DNA of 64,000 bases from Carcharhinus amblyrhynchos (lineage: Eukaryota): assembly GCA_965287045.1 (NCBI GenBank), contig OZ336893.1, forward strand, positions 43,028,001 to 43,092,000, in the 5' to 3' direction. This document shows positions 37,450 through 49,775 of this stretch, one piece after another (the stretch's first letter is position 1; the number at the start of each line of letters is the position of its first letter). The notes beneath the pieces are model-generated. The model made no database searches, was not told where the DNA came from, and saw nothing but the letters and a program-made list of their open reading frames with translations. A program made the position numbers and the translations under genes.

Positions 37450-37790
37450 TGTTTATTGTATTGTGGTTAACTTTTAGCAGGTGGAGGGCACTGACTGGGT
37501 TGTTATTTGAGGAGATACTGATGCTGCGTGCTTTCTTAGTGTCGATCTGTCGATTCCATGTCTCAAGGAGGTCAGGGTGCTTAGTCCATTTTTTTCCCAT
37601 TTAAGAGACTGTTAATTAATTAATTTGTTTAGTTTATCATTCTACCCAAAATAATATAAAGAGGTGCTGACTGACACCGGGGTGGGAGTTGAGTTCAGAC
37701 GTATATATTTCACTCTGTGAATAGATCTAAACTGAATAAAGATTGGCTCTGCTTTCATTCTTCAACATCTGCCTATCAGAGAGTTTAACA
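37450..37790 (+). mobile_element. Probable solo LTR
   Basis: TGT...TAACA ends, TATAAA ~37655, AATAAA 37735-37740; flanks CCAC / CCAA are an imperfect TSD. Confidence 0.5.
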
Positions 37791-37909
37791 CCAACACCAA
37801 CTAATTCTAAATTTCAGCACATCTTATGGGAGAGTTTGGTTCAATCGAAGGTCTAAGAAATTTTAAAGATTCGATGAGGATTTGTGCTGACTGAGGGTCA
37901 CTTCAGTCC

Positions 37910-39063
37910 CACAGAATCCTTATAGTGCAGAAAGAAGCCATTTGGCCCATCAAGCCTGCACTGACACTCCAGCAAAGCATCTCACCCCAACCCTATCCAT
38001 GTCTTCCCATCTACTTATCCCACTAATTCCCCTCTGTGGGAGGAAACCGGAACACTCAGAGGAAAGCCTCACAGACACGTGCACCGGAATTCTACCGCCC
38101 TACCTGTTACGGAACTGGAGCGGGCGAGGGGCGGACAACGGAAATGTTGCTGGGGTGAGTTCGGAAACTCCACATAGTCAGCCACCCAAGGCCAGAACTG
38201 AACCCCGGTCCAGCAAAGAACAACAAAGAACAGTACAGCACAGGAGCAGATGCTTCCGCCCTCCAAGCCTGCACCGATTATGATGCCTACCTAAACTGAA
38301 ACCAGATGCATTTACGGAATCCGTATCCTTCCATTCCCATCCTATTAATTAACTTGATTTTTCTACCCTGGGAAAGAGCGTCTGACTATCCACTCTGTCT
38401 ATACCCCTCAGAATCTTGTAAACTTCTGTTAGGTCACCCCTCAAGCTCTGTCGTTCTACATATCCAACCTCTCGTCATAGCTAATACCCTCCAGATCAGG
38501 CAACATCCTGGTAAACCTCTTCTGTGCCCTTTCCAAAACATCCACATCCTTCTGGTAGTGTGGCAACCAGATTTGTACACAATATTCTAAATGAGACCTA
38601 ACTCAGGTTCTGTACAGCTGCAGCACATTCTGCCAATTTTTAAATTCGATGCCCCAAGTGATGAAGGCAAGCATTCTGTACGCCTTCTTGGCTACCTTAT
38701 CCATCTGCATTGCCACTTTCAGTGATCGGTGAACATGTACACCCAGATCCCTCTGCCTGTCAATACTCCTAGGGGTTCTGCAATTTACTGTATAATTCCT
38801 ACACACACTGGACCTTCCAAAATGCATTATCTAATATTTGTTCAGATTAACCTCCATCTGCCATTTGTCCGCCCAAGTCTCCAACTGGTCTATATTTTGC
38901 TATATCCTCTGACAATCCTCTTCATTATCTGCAACTCCACCAATTTTTGTGTCATCTGTGAACTTACTAGTCAGACCAGCTATTTCCCTCCAAATCATAT
39001 ATATATATATATACACTGGTGCTGCGAGGCAGCAGTGCTAACCACCGTGTCACTGTGCCGCCC
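37910..39063 (-). mobile_element. HE1-type SINE interrupted twice
   Basis: Tail and core 37910-38210 with a GC-rich insert ~38083-38163; head resumes 39014-39063. Confidence 0.8.
38212..38996 (-). mobile_element. CR1 3' fragment nested in the SINE
   Basis: MHFGRS...QRDLGVHVHRSLK...LQLYRT; (TA)n at the 5' junction. Confidence 0.9.
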
Positions 39064-39630
39064 CAGTCCTGTCCGTTGTTTTTATTATCTTGCTAAGTTC
39101 CAGAGGTTTGACGCATTCTTCCTTCCTAAACTTATATTAATTTTTTAACTCTTGATATACTTCAGTTGAGATAATCTGTCCAAATGTGGTTGCACTGAAG
39201 GTTGCTAATAGCAGTACTTCCACAGGGATCTGCTTTTATAAGATTCAGATGACTAATTAGTGCTGTTTAATCCTTTAATTTGACTTTCAAGCAGCCAAAC
39301 AAAACATCAACTTTAAGCAAAACCTGACTAAATTTGCAGCATCTCAAAAACCAGCAGAGAACGCCAAGAGAAATGGGTTATTTTCTAAGAACAAAAATAT
39401 AATTGATTAGGTTAATGAATATTAAAATGATGAAAATAGGAATCAAAGAGAATATATAGGGAGGAAAAGAAGAGTAAAATTAAATTAAAGTATTCATGTT
39501 TTTGTATTTTCTAAGTGTTTGTTTTTGCTATGTAGGGTTAATGTTATCATAATTTTTTTCTCAGATTTCATATCTTTAATTCTGTGACATTAGTTTTTAG
39601 TCTTCATCCCAGTGTAGGCATAGATAAGGA

Positions 39631-39943
39631 GTGCGATATGGTGGCATTGTGGTTAGCACTGCTGCCTCACAGCACCAGGGACCCAGGTTCAATTCCAGCC
39701 TTGGGTCACTGCCTGTGTGGAGTTTGCACATTCTCACCGTGTCCACATGGGTGCTCCAGTTTCCTCTTACAGTCCAAAGATGTACAGGTTAGGCGGATTG
39801 GCCAGGTTAAAATTGCCCCTCAGTGTTGGGGAGATGAGCAGGGTAAATATGCGGGGTTACTGGAAGAGAGCCTCGATGGGATTATGGTTGGTGCAGGCTC
39901 AATGGGCCAAATGGCCTCCTTCTGCACCTTAGGGATTCTTTGA
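39631..39943 (+). mobile_element. HE1-type SINE
   Basis: Similar to 20801-21123. Confidence 0.9.
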
Positions 39944-40261
39944 ACACTATTCAAACTATCATAGCTCAGCTAACTAGAAAGATCCTGAAGCCCCAATTAA
40001 GAATTGAATGAAATCTAATTGCCCAAAACCCACAGAGAAGTCAATTATTTCTTAAATTATTCCAGGCTTTAAACTTCCTAAAGTAGCTAAAATGTCCAAG
40101 TTTCTGCAGCTCTGCAAACCCAGACCCTCGACACCAGTCTCAGAGTCCTTCTCTATATTGCCTTCAGCACTGGAATGCTTCCGGCTTTGGAGATGGTGAT
40201 TGGTGCAGGATTCCTGTTTATCTGACCCGGGCACTAGGAAGTTTAATCACTATCTCTCTAT

Positions 40262-41029
40262 TGTGATGACATTGTGCTGTTGATATATTTTCTACTTCTG
40301 AAGAGTGTTTGAAGTTCAGTGATTTTGTTCTCAAAGCAGTCGGCATGTTTGGGGGAAATGCAGCAGATGCTGGAAAGCAGAATAATTACTCATTTTAACC
40401 TTGTAGTGTTTACTTAGAATATGGCAAATTGCTTTGTAGTTTTGTAACTAGAGGGGACCCCCTGGGACTTTTTTAATTAAAGTAATGGAAGGTGAGTTAG
40501 GTATCCAAGGTCATATAGTTACGTGATACCAGAAGTGAGAAGAACTGGGTTTGTAGCAGAAAAACAATTTTTTTTCTGTGTTTATTACTGGAGAGGGCTA
40601 TTTAAAAATAAAAGCCTACAAGCTGCTCGCTCTCCCTCTCTCTCTCTCTGTTGAAAAGTCTCTCTGGAACCTTCATGATTGTTACCACAATGTAAAGCAA
40701 GCTTGCCAACAGTATTTAAAGTAGAGTTAAAGTTTATGGGAAGACTGTTGCTTTCTTGGATCTGAAAATAGTGATAAGTTAGAAATTAAAAATAATTTAT
40801 TTTCATGTTTAAAGATGATTCAATGGCTAAGAGTTAAATTCTTTCATTTTGTTAGAGTTCTTCATAACCGTGTTATGAATAAGGCTTGTTTTGATAAAAA
40901 ATCCCTAATTGGTCGTTGGAATTAATCCTGGAGGCAAGTATCCTTTCTTCACATTTCTGCTAAAATAGAAAGATTGTTAAGGTCAGGTCTGCATAATGTG
41001 CCTTGGGGTTCAGGTCCAGGACTCTAACA
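40262..41029. mobile_element. Solo LTR (Gypsy/ERV-like), 768 bp
   Basis: TGTGA...TAACA termini and exact 4-bp TSD CTAT (40258-40261, 41030-41033). Confidence 0.62.
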
Positions 41030-43463
41030 CTATGCAGTTCTGGCAGTGTAGCTCAACATCATGTTGGTTTTGTAAGTTGCTCCCCGGCATTATTTGGGCT
41101 GTTTATTTTAGGGTCGAGTGAAACTCCATCTATTTTTTATTCCTGCATGTAGGACATTACACTTGTCCAAGCTAAATTTCATCTGATTTCAACTCCACCC
41201 TGTCCCCAGCCATCCAATCACATATTGATCACACAGAGTAAAGAATTTCTTGATGAGTTTTCATTTGTCTTTTATGTACTTTTACCTGGCCTTACTGTGA
41301 TGGTTTAATTTGAAATAGATTGCTGGATTTATCATTATCTTGCACACCCTGGAAGCTCTCTCAGCAAGTGGCTCCTTTCATGACTACAAAACCTTGATTT
41401 CTCCAATCTGTTCCATAATTCAGTTCTTTCGACACTGGGAATTAGTGTCCGTTCTACTTTGAACTGCCTCTAAGTATCTCTCTTGCATCTTGGTGATCAG
41501 AACTAAACAAACACATTCTAGATTCTCCCTCTGACTTTTTGGATCAGCATATACCATTTATTTTATTAATGCTTCTCTGAGTACATCGAGACTTCAACTG
41601 AATCTGTCTTGTGGAAACAGATTGGGAAACTCTTCATCCTCATGTTTATATCAGGTCTCCTGCAGCCATCACTTTCAGAGGGGCGATTACAGGACAGCTG
41701 ACTTTTATCTTTGCTTCTAGGCCCTGTAAATACGTGAATCTTTAATTGCCATTTAAGGACAGAACTGGGCACAACTGCACCAATCTTAGCTGCAGTCCAG
41801 CCAAGGAACAGCCTCAAATTAAATGTCTATTTATTTTTATGGGGGTAACAGGTAGCCAGAAAATACACAAAGTGACCTGGTCCCCTGATGTACTCAGTGT
41901 CCAGCCCTCCTGTAAATAATCCACTATCTTCCTCCTCAAGCTAACTTTTCCCCAGACTGCACCAGCCTTCGCATCCTCAACACAATGGAGCCACTCTGCC
42001 AGTCTCTACCCGCTTGTCAACAGCTAGCCAGCCATTTCAATTAGTGCTGGCGAGGCAACTGGAATTTCCAGGAGCTGACTGCAGTAAAAGGTTTCCAATT
42101 ATTTTCACACCAATCAAAGAGAAAGGTCATTTATCTTGACTGTTGTGGGGGAAATAAACATTGTGGCTGCGTAGAGAATAGTGAGTGACATTGTGACCAG
42201 GAACGTACGTGAAACCTCAGCCCTATCAAAATAGCTGCAGTTTCATGATCAGGTTTGTGGTTTCTGGAAATGCTTTCAGACAGTTTTATTCCATTGTGAG
42301 TAGTGAAAAGCAGCTAATATGATTGTCTCTGAACAGCATGAAGGAAAACTACACAATTTTAGGAATAAGCATTGCAGGAAAATGTAATCAAAGGAGAAAC
42401 CATCTGTATCTAACTCGTGCTTCAAAGAAAACTTTTACATATCCACAGACAATGATCATTCTGGGACTGATATAATCTCACAACAGATTCAAAACACCAT
42501 GAGTTTTTTGGTACATAGTGACCTGCCAAAGTATCTCACACATTTTCAAAAATCATTCTGATTCCTGTACCTAATTCAAAGTCCACAAACTAATTAAAGC
42601 AAAGTGAAGGTCATTGTACTCCAATTAAAATGATTCGATACCAAGTGAAAGAATGACTCGTGTGCACAATTCAGTGTTCTACCATTACCAGTAAAACAAC
42701 TTACTATTGCGCTAGTGGGAAGCCTTTTACAATTTCTCGCTTCAGTCACAGACGCTGTACGTGAGTATAGGTTTATATATAGGCTACCTGCATTTTCAGT
42801 ACAAAAATGAGGCTTTGCTGCATTGAACATCTAAAAGAAAATAGCCTGCAGGGCAGAATGTGAGCAGAATACAAATGCAATAACATATATCAAACTGCAA
42901 AGGCTGACCAAGCTTCTTACTGGGAATTATTCAGGTAGCAATGGTCTACATTGAAGAGGCAACTTCCTCTTTCTAACTATTATCTGAAATCAGATTCAGG
43001 GAACCAGCAATCACCCTGTATTTTTAGACTACTTCAGTAAAATGGCATGAGCGCGCGACCTTCATTGCAAGCTGTAACACAGGGAGAAATTCTAACCTCT
43101 GCCTCCTGCAGTGCTCCGATGTTTCTTTATTCAGTTGGCATACTCACACAGCAACACAACCCTCCAACCCTTGTGATATATTTGATTTTATGATTATTTT
43201 AAAGAGATGCAGCCATTTCTTGCATTCTGCACATGAGAGGAGCTCTGAAGGAGTGGCGTGGATGCAATTAGTAACAAAGGTAGAGGATTAGAGGAGCAGG
43301 GGGGATGTGAAGCTTTAGAAGAATAAAGAGGAAGCTTGGAGAAAATCTATGAACAGATTTGTAACAGGAGACGATTCAATCCATTGAGGGACAGGGAATT
43401 AATGTTGATTCTAAGGATACGGAAAATGGCTGAGTCCAGATTAGCATATCATAGGAAGGGAGT

Positions 43464-43816
43464 CGTGATGTGGAATTGTTGGCATTGGATTGGGTTAGGC
43501 ACAGAAAATAGTCTCACAACACCAGGTTAAAGTCCAACAGATTTATTTGATAGCATGAGCTTTTGGAGCATTGCTCCTTCATCAGGTGAGTAGTGGGGTT
43601 TTATATGGTTGAGGGTTGATGGAGCATCACAAAACAGTCATGGACAGCATAGTAAGAAGTCTCACAACACCAGGTTAAAATCCAAAAGGTTTATTTGGTA
43701 GCACAAGCCGCTAGCTTTCGGAGAACTGCCCCTTCATCGGGTAAGTGGGAGTTCTGTTCTCAAACAGGGCACATAATGACACAAACTCAGTTTACAGAAT
43801 AATGGTTGGAATGCGA
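43464..43816 (-). mobile_element. Two tandem PLE subfamily-B pLTR fragments (43464-43591, 43648-43816)
   Basis: Both match 46479-46640; each has a hammerhead motif with one core mutation (GAAA>AAAA; CUGAUGA>CCGAUGA). Confidence 0.85.
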
Positions 43817-44384
43817 TCGCAGCAGCATTTACTGACAGGTTCTCACAGAAATAGCAGCAAGTTATGTGAGAAACCTGATGCTTCTGCAGAGATTAGCAAC
43901 CATTCAGGGAGGGACAAAACAGGTGGGCAAAGAGCAACAAACAAGACAAAGACAAAATGTATTTAACAAGATTTTGCAGTTTTCATTCAGTAGGAAAAAT
44001 AAGGCTGAATTTTATCTCATTGATAATTTTAACTCTTCACAAATTCTGAATTTGCATTCAGACTTTTTGTGGAATTATTTCCAAGAAGAATTTCCTCCCG
44101 TAAAAATATCTTAAAATAAAGATGCTTTGGGAAGATTTTTCCCCATTCTCCTCCTAGATAGGTTTTATTTTTCCTTCAGTGGTGTGCTACATAATGACAC
44201 CAATCACTGCATCTTATTTATACAATTATCAAAACATTTCAACTGTCACCAAATGGCCCACAGGAGCACATTCACCTCTCAGTCAGGATATTCCGGGTTC
44301 CTGAGCATAAATTACGAGGCTGAAACTCTGGTACAGTACTGAAAGACTGCTAATTGTCAGAGGTATCGGGCTGCATTTAATACC

Positions 44385-45720
44385 ATTGGAAATTGGAGCA
44401 GGACTAGGCTATTCAACACTTGGAGCCCGTTCCACTATTTACTACAGTCATGGCTGATCTAACACTCACTAAGTCCACTTTCCTGCCCTATTTTTATAAC
44501 CCTTAATTCCCCTACTGGTTTTATTTATTCATTTCACAGGATATGAGTGTCGCTGGCTGGGCCGGCATTTAATATCCACCCCCAACTACCCTCCATTTCA
44601 GAGGGTCTTTGAGTCAACCACATTGCTGTGGATTGAGAGTCACTCATAGACCAGACCAGGTAAGGATGGCAGATTTCCCTCCCTCAAGGACATAAATGAA
44701 CTGGTAGGTTTTTATGACAATTGACAATGGTCATCATTAGACTTTTAATTCCAGATTTTTACTGATTTCAAATTTCACAATCTGCATGGCAGGATTCGAA
44801 CCTGAGTCCCCAGAACTTGTCCTGGGTCTCGCGATTACTGCGCCCCTAAAAACATATTGTTCTCAGCCCTGAAAATGTTCATTCTCGGTGTCCACACTTC
44901 CTGAGGTAAAGAATCCAAAGATTCTTTGAAAGAAGAAATTCTCCCTCAAATCCAAATCTCTGCATTCAAATAATAATCCACTTTTTCACATTTTTCTTCC
45001 AAAATAAACAATCTCACATTTTCCCACATTGAATTCCATTTGCCACTTTTCTGCCCACTCGTTTATCCTGTCAATATTTCCCTGTGAATTATTTATATCG
45101 TTCCTATAACCTGCCTTCCCTTTGTATCATCCACAAATTTGGCCACAGTACACGCTGTTCCTTCCTCCAAATCATTAATATATATAGAGTGAAGAGGTGT
45201 GGTTCCAGCACTGATCCTTGTGGCACTCACCTGGTTACTGCCACCCAACCTGAGAAAGACCTCCTTATCGCTATTTGCAGCTTTTGGTTAGTTAGCCAAT
45301 CCTGTATCCGGACCAGAATATTACCTCCAACACTATAAGCTCCTTTCTTGAGAAATAGCCTTTTGTGTGGCATCTTTTGCAATGCCTTTTGAAAATCCAA
45401 ATATACAACAACTACTGGTTCTCCTCTTATCTACTCCACTGATACCTCCTTAAAGAACTTTGAGGAGGTATCAGTAGGGTATAATAGAGTGTAATAAAGT
45501 ATCAGTATAATAAATTTGTCAGACATAATTTCACCTTTATGAAGCCACGCTGACTCCGCTTAATCAGGTTGTAACTTTCCAAATGCACTGCTATTCTCTC
45601 CTTAATAATCTCTCCACTATCGATTCTAATAATTTCCAATAACTGAAGTAAAACTAACTGCCCTCTTGGCTCCTGCACTTTGCCTCCTTCCCTTTTTGAA
45701 CAATCTTTGAATTAAACCTG
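44385..45720 (-). mobile_element. Decayed CR1 containing a tRNA-SINE (44517-44840, -)
   Basis: CR1 3' UTR at 44385-44515, RT remnants to ~45720; the SINE matches 54798-55160. Confidence 0.8.
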
Positions 45721-46322
45721 ACTACATTAAGTTAGAAGATACTCTGTGTGAATTTTGCCACATGAAGAGCTCGGCTGCATCCAATTTTAACATTCTAACT
45801 ACAGAATGTTAAATTACCAAATTACACACAGGTTCAAATATTTCGCTTGATGTATGACTGCGGATGCGATGTAACTGATAACCGAGAAATTTCAATCTCC
45901 CCTTTCCTCCTCCTATCAGCAGGAGGTGGAATAATATGCGAAGTCCATGTTGCCTTTGCTGTAGAGCACTCTTTGATGTACAGACAGTGTTAATTAAAGA
46001 GTAATGTCTGTAAACCCACCAGACTGACCTTTGCAAACTGTTTGGCAGGATGCCCTGATGATGCGTTTATTCGGCTAAGGTTTAAAATGACAACCGGTCT
46101 AGTAAAGAATAATAATTAGTAAAGAAAGTCGAACTGTCTCGCTCCAAGTTGCACCTATGGATTAACCTCAGCTACAGGGCAATTCGCTTCACAAAATATC
46201 GAATATTCTTACGCTCTTGTCATCATTCAATCACTTGTTATTTCCAGCCTTGAGTACATGGACTGTCTCCGTATGAGGTTGTTAGACAGAGTATTCTCAG
46301 AATGTAAGTCTGGCAATGTTAA

Positions 46323-46422
46323 CCTGACGAATTCACCTGACGAAGAGGGAAACCTCGAAAGCTTGTGAGTCTATTATCAGATAAATCGGTTGGACTAAAA
46401 CCTGGTGTTGTCAGACTTTTTA
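46323..46422 (+). mobile_element. 100-bp PLE subfamily-A insert (ribozyme plus pLTR end only)
   Basis: TSD CAATGTTAA at 46314-46322 and 46423-46431; ACCTGACGAA duplicated at the 5' junction. Confidence 0.88.
46331..46370 (+). ncRNA. Minimal type-I hammerhead ribozyme motif with GNRA-capped stem II
   Basis: AUUCAC-CUGACGA-A-GAGG(GAAA)CCUC-GAAA-GC-U-U-GUGAGU. Confidence 0.87.
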
Positions 46423-47204
46423 CAATGTTAATCCAAGCAGGCTTCCTCTCCTGCCCCATATCTGTACCATGTTAATCCAGTAAGAAGACTCACAAAACCA
46501 GGTTAAAGTCCAACAGGTTTATTTGATAGCAAAAGCCACTAGCTTTTGGAGCACTGCCTCTTTGTCAGATGAGTGGCAGTTCTATTCACAAACAGGGTAT
46601 ATAAAGACACAATCTCAATTTACAAAATAATGGTTGGAATATGAATCTTTACAGGTAACCAAGTCTTAAAGATACAGATAATGTGAGTGGAGAGAGCATT
46701 AAGCACAGGTTAAAGAGATATGTATTGTTTCCAGACAGGACTGTTAGTGAGATTTTGCAAGCCCAGGCAAGTCGTTATGGGGTTTACGGATAGAGCGACA
46801 TGAACCCAAGATCCCGGTTGAGACTGTCCTCATGTGTGCTATCAGTCTCTGCTCAGCGACTCTGCGTTGTCGTGCGTCCTGAAGGCCGCCTTGGAGAACG
46901 CTTACCCAAAGATCAGAGGTTGAATGCCCGTGACTGCTCAAGTGTTCGCCAACAGGAAGAGAATAGTCTTGCCTGGTGATTGTCTAGTGGTGTTCGTTCA
47001 TCCATTGTCGTAGTGTCTGCATGGTCTCCCCAATGCCTCGGGACGTCCTTTCCTGCAGCGTATCAGGTAGACAACTCTGGCCGAGTTGCAAGAGTACGTA
47101 CTGTGTACCTGGTGGATGGTGTTCTCACGTGAGATGATGGCATCCGTGTCGGTGATCCAGCATGTCTTGCAGAGGTTGCTGTGGCAAGGCTGTGTGGTCA
47201 TGGT

Positions 47205-48036
47205 CACCCTAAACACGTTAAAGAAGCCATCCCCTATGGACAAGCCCTCCGTATACACAGGATCTGCTCAGATGAGGAGGATCGCAACAGACATCTCCAG
47301 ACACTGAAAGATGCCCTCATAAGAACAGGATATGGCACTTGACCCATCGACCGACAGTTCTGACGCACCACAGCGAAAAACTGCACCCATCTCCTCAGAA
47401 GCCAAACATGGGACACGCTGGACAGAGTTCCCTTCGTCGTCCAGTACTTCCCCAGAGTGGAGAAGCTACGACATCTTCCCTGGAGTCTTCAACATATCAT
47501 TGATGAAGATGAACATCTCGCCAGGGCCATCCCCACACCCCCACTTCTTGCCTTCAAACAACCGAACAACCTCAAACAGACCATTGTTCACAGCAAACTA
47601 CCCAGCCTTCAGGAGAACAGTGACCACAACACCACACAACCCTGCCACAGCAACCTCTGCAAGACATGCCGGATCATTGACACAGATGCCATCATCTCAT
47701 GTGAGAATACCATCCACCAGGTACACGGTACATACTCTTGCAACTTGGCCGACATTGTCTACCTGATAGGCTGCAGGAAAGGATGTCCCGAGGCCATGCA
47801 GACACTACAACAATGAACACCACTTGACAATCACCAGGCAAGACTGTTCCCTTCCTGTTGGTGAACACTTCAGCGGTCACGGGCATTGGGCCTCTGATCT
47901 TCAGGTAAGCATTCTCCAAGGCGGCCTTCACGACACACAACAACGCAGGGTCGCTGAGTACAGACTGATAGCCAAGTTCTGCACACATGGGGACGGTCTC
48001 AATTGGGATCTTGGGTTCATGATGCACTATCTGTAA
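47205..48036 (+). pseudogene. PLE ORF remnant: RT thumb, Cys linker, GIY-YIG endonuclease
   Basis: HPKHVKEAIPYGQALRIHRICS, PCHSNLCKTC, IVYLIGCRKGCP, PVGEHF, DGLNWDLGFM; stops and a deletion at the YIG motif. Confidence 0.9.
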
Positions 48037-48244
48037 CCCCCGTGACTTGCCTGTGCTTGCAAAACCTCACTAATTGTCCTGTCTGGAGACAATACACATC
48101 TCTTTAATCTGTGCTTAACCCTCTCTCCACTCACACTGTCTGTACCTTTAAGATTTGATTATCTGTAAAGACTTGCATTCCAATCATTATTTTGTAAATT
48201 GAGTTTGTGCCTTTATACGCCCTGTTTGTGAACAGAACTCCCAC

Positions 48245-48281
48245 TTATCTGACGAAGGGGCAGCGTTCTGAAAGCTAATGG
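48245..48281 (+). ncRNA. Hammerhead motif (subfamily B)
   Basis: UUAU-CUGACGA-A-GGGGC(AGC)GUUCU-GAAA-GC-U-A-AUGG. Confidence 0.65.
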
Positions 48282-48617
48282 ATTTTGCTCCCAAATAAAC
48301 CTGTTGGACTTTAACCTGGTGTTGTGAGTCTTCTGACTGTGTTTACCCCAGTCCAACACTGGCATCTCCACATCATGACTACCATGTTAATCCTCTCCTG
48401 TCCCATATGTGTGTCATATATGATTTCCGACATGTTGGTAATCACAGCTTCACAATTACACCAGTACCAATCAAACTTCTGCATTACCTGATTGGCCAGA
48501 GGATAAACTTCTGTTAGTTGTACACGTTCATCACACTGAAGAGAAATTTCGGCACATCTGCACTGATGGACGGGTTAAACTGGAACAGCTGTAATGATAT
48601 TTATGCTCCATTAGATT

Positions 48618-49014
48618 AAAAGAAAGACTTGTGTCTGTACAGCACCTTTTGCAACGTCAGGCCATCCTCAGATGCTTTACAGCCAATTGAATACTTTTGA
48701 AGTGTAGTCATTGTTGTTATGTAGGAAATGCAGCAATCATTCGGCGCACAGCAAGATCCCACAAACAGCAACGTGACAATGACCAATCTGCTTTGAGATG
48801 TTGGGTTAAGTTCAGTGAAGACACCAGAGAGAAGTCCCTGTGAGGACACAGGGTCTGCATTTGATGCCTCATCCAGAAGATGGCCCCCCTGACAGTGCAG
48901 CGCTCCTTCAGCACTGCATTGGGGTATCTGCCTGGATTTTACACTCAGGTCCCTGCAGCAGGATTTGAACCCACAGCACCGTGATCTAGAGAGTCCTATC
49001 CACTGAGACACAGC
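48618..49014 (-). mobile_element. Deu-domain SINE (SacSINE1/AmnSINE1-like)
   Basis: TACTTTTGAAGTGTAGTCATTGTTG..ATGTAGGAAA..GCGCACAGCAAG.TCCCACAAACAGCAA Deu core and a tRNA-like head near 49000. Confidence 0.82.
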
Positions 49015-49775
49015 ACAAAAGGAAGCTCAGTTATAGTTCCACCCCTGTGGAGACAGCAAACCGATTGATCAGAATAATCCAAGCTGAATGTAGCAGGGCC
49101 TGCGGGGTTCCCATGCTCCAGTTCATGCACTGGGAGATATTAAATGATTTTTTTTTCTCCAATAGGCAGGAAACAGCAGGTGACTTGCATTAGCTGTTTA
49201 TATCTCCTGCTGCCGATCTCCCAACGCAGCCAGCAGCAGGAATGAATCCTTACAGCAGCAAGACTGCACTCTGTAAAAGCTAACGGGAATAAATATCTCA
49301 TCCTTTACAATTAAATCCTAGCTGCACTTCGACAGCATGTCCACTACTAATGTTAGATTTACAATTGATTCTGGGCCATTCCAATGCATGGAACAGCAGA
49401 CAGTAACAATAGGGATAGACATTTATACAAACAGTTACAGTTTAAAACTAATACAGCTCTATATTGAGGAGCCATTCTACACACCATGAGAAAATGTTGC
49501 ATGCTGCAGGCACTGATAACTACCTGAGCCACTTCACTGATGTCCAGGCTCTGTGTCTGAGATACAATTACAGAGAAGCTACACTCCTCGTGCATGTGTA
49601 GTGTGTAACGTTGCAGCTCCTGCCTCTCTATCTAAAGCTGTTGCTTTTCAAGTTTTGTTTGTGTTTCTCTCCTGTCATGTTTGTCTTTGCTTTTGTCTGT
49701 TCTCAATCCTGCAAAATTACAACACCGGGTCTGCGATTTGCAGCATCATTGCGGGTGGACTGCCTGACTGTCCTT

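Larger units (their letters stand above)
46479..48379. mobile_element. Penelope-like element (Neptune-like, subfamily B), 5'-truncated with an inverted copy
   Basis: Minus arm 46479-47207, plus arm 47204-48379 (TCAC shared at the junction); TSD TACCATGTTAATCC at 46465-46478 and 48380-48393. Confidence 0.93.

Noticed and set aside
42594-42830. 78-aa ORF beginning at a minus-strand acceptor
   Set aside because: No recognisable homology and an ambiguous donor.
46535-46575. Active hammerhead in the left arm of the large PLE
   Set aside because: Two core mutations (CUGACAA and AAAA).
49166-49179. Plus-strand 14-nt microexon (ttttctccaatag|GCAGGAAACAGCAG|gtgact)
   Set aside because: Weaker donor, opposite strand to the other candidates, and equally explained as ETS/E-box motifs; shows such patterns can arise by chance.
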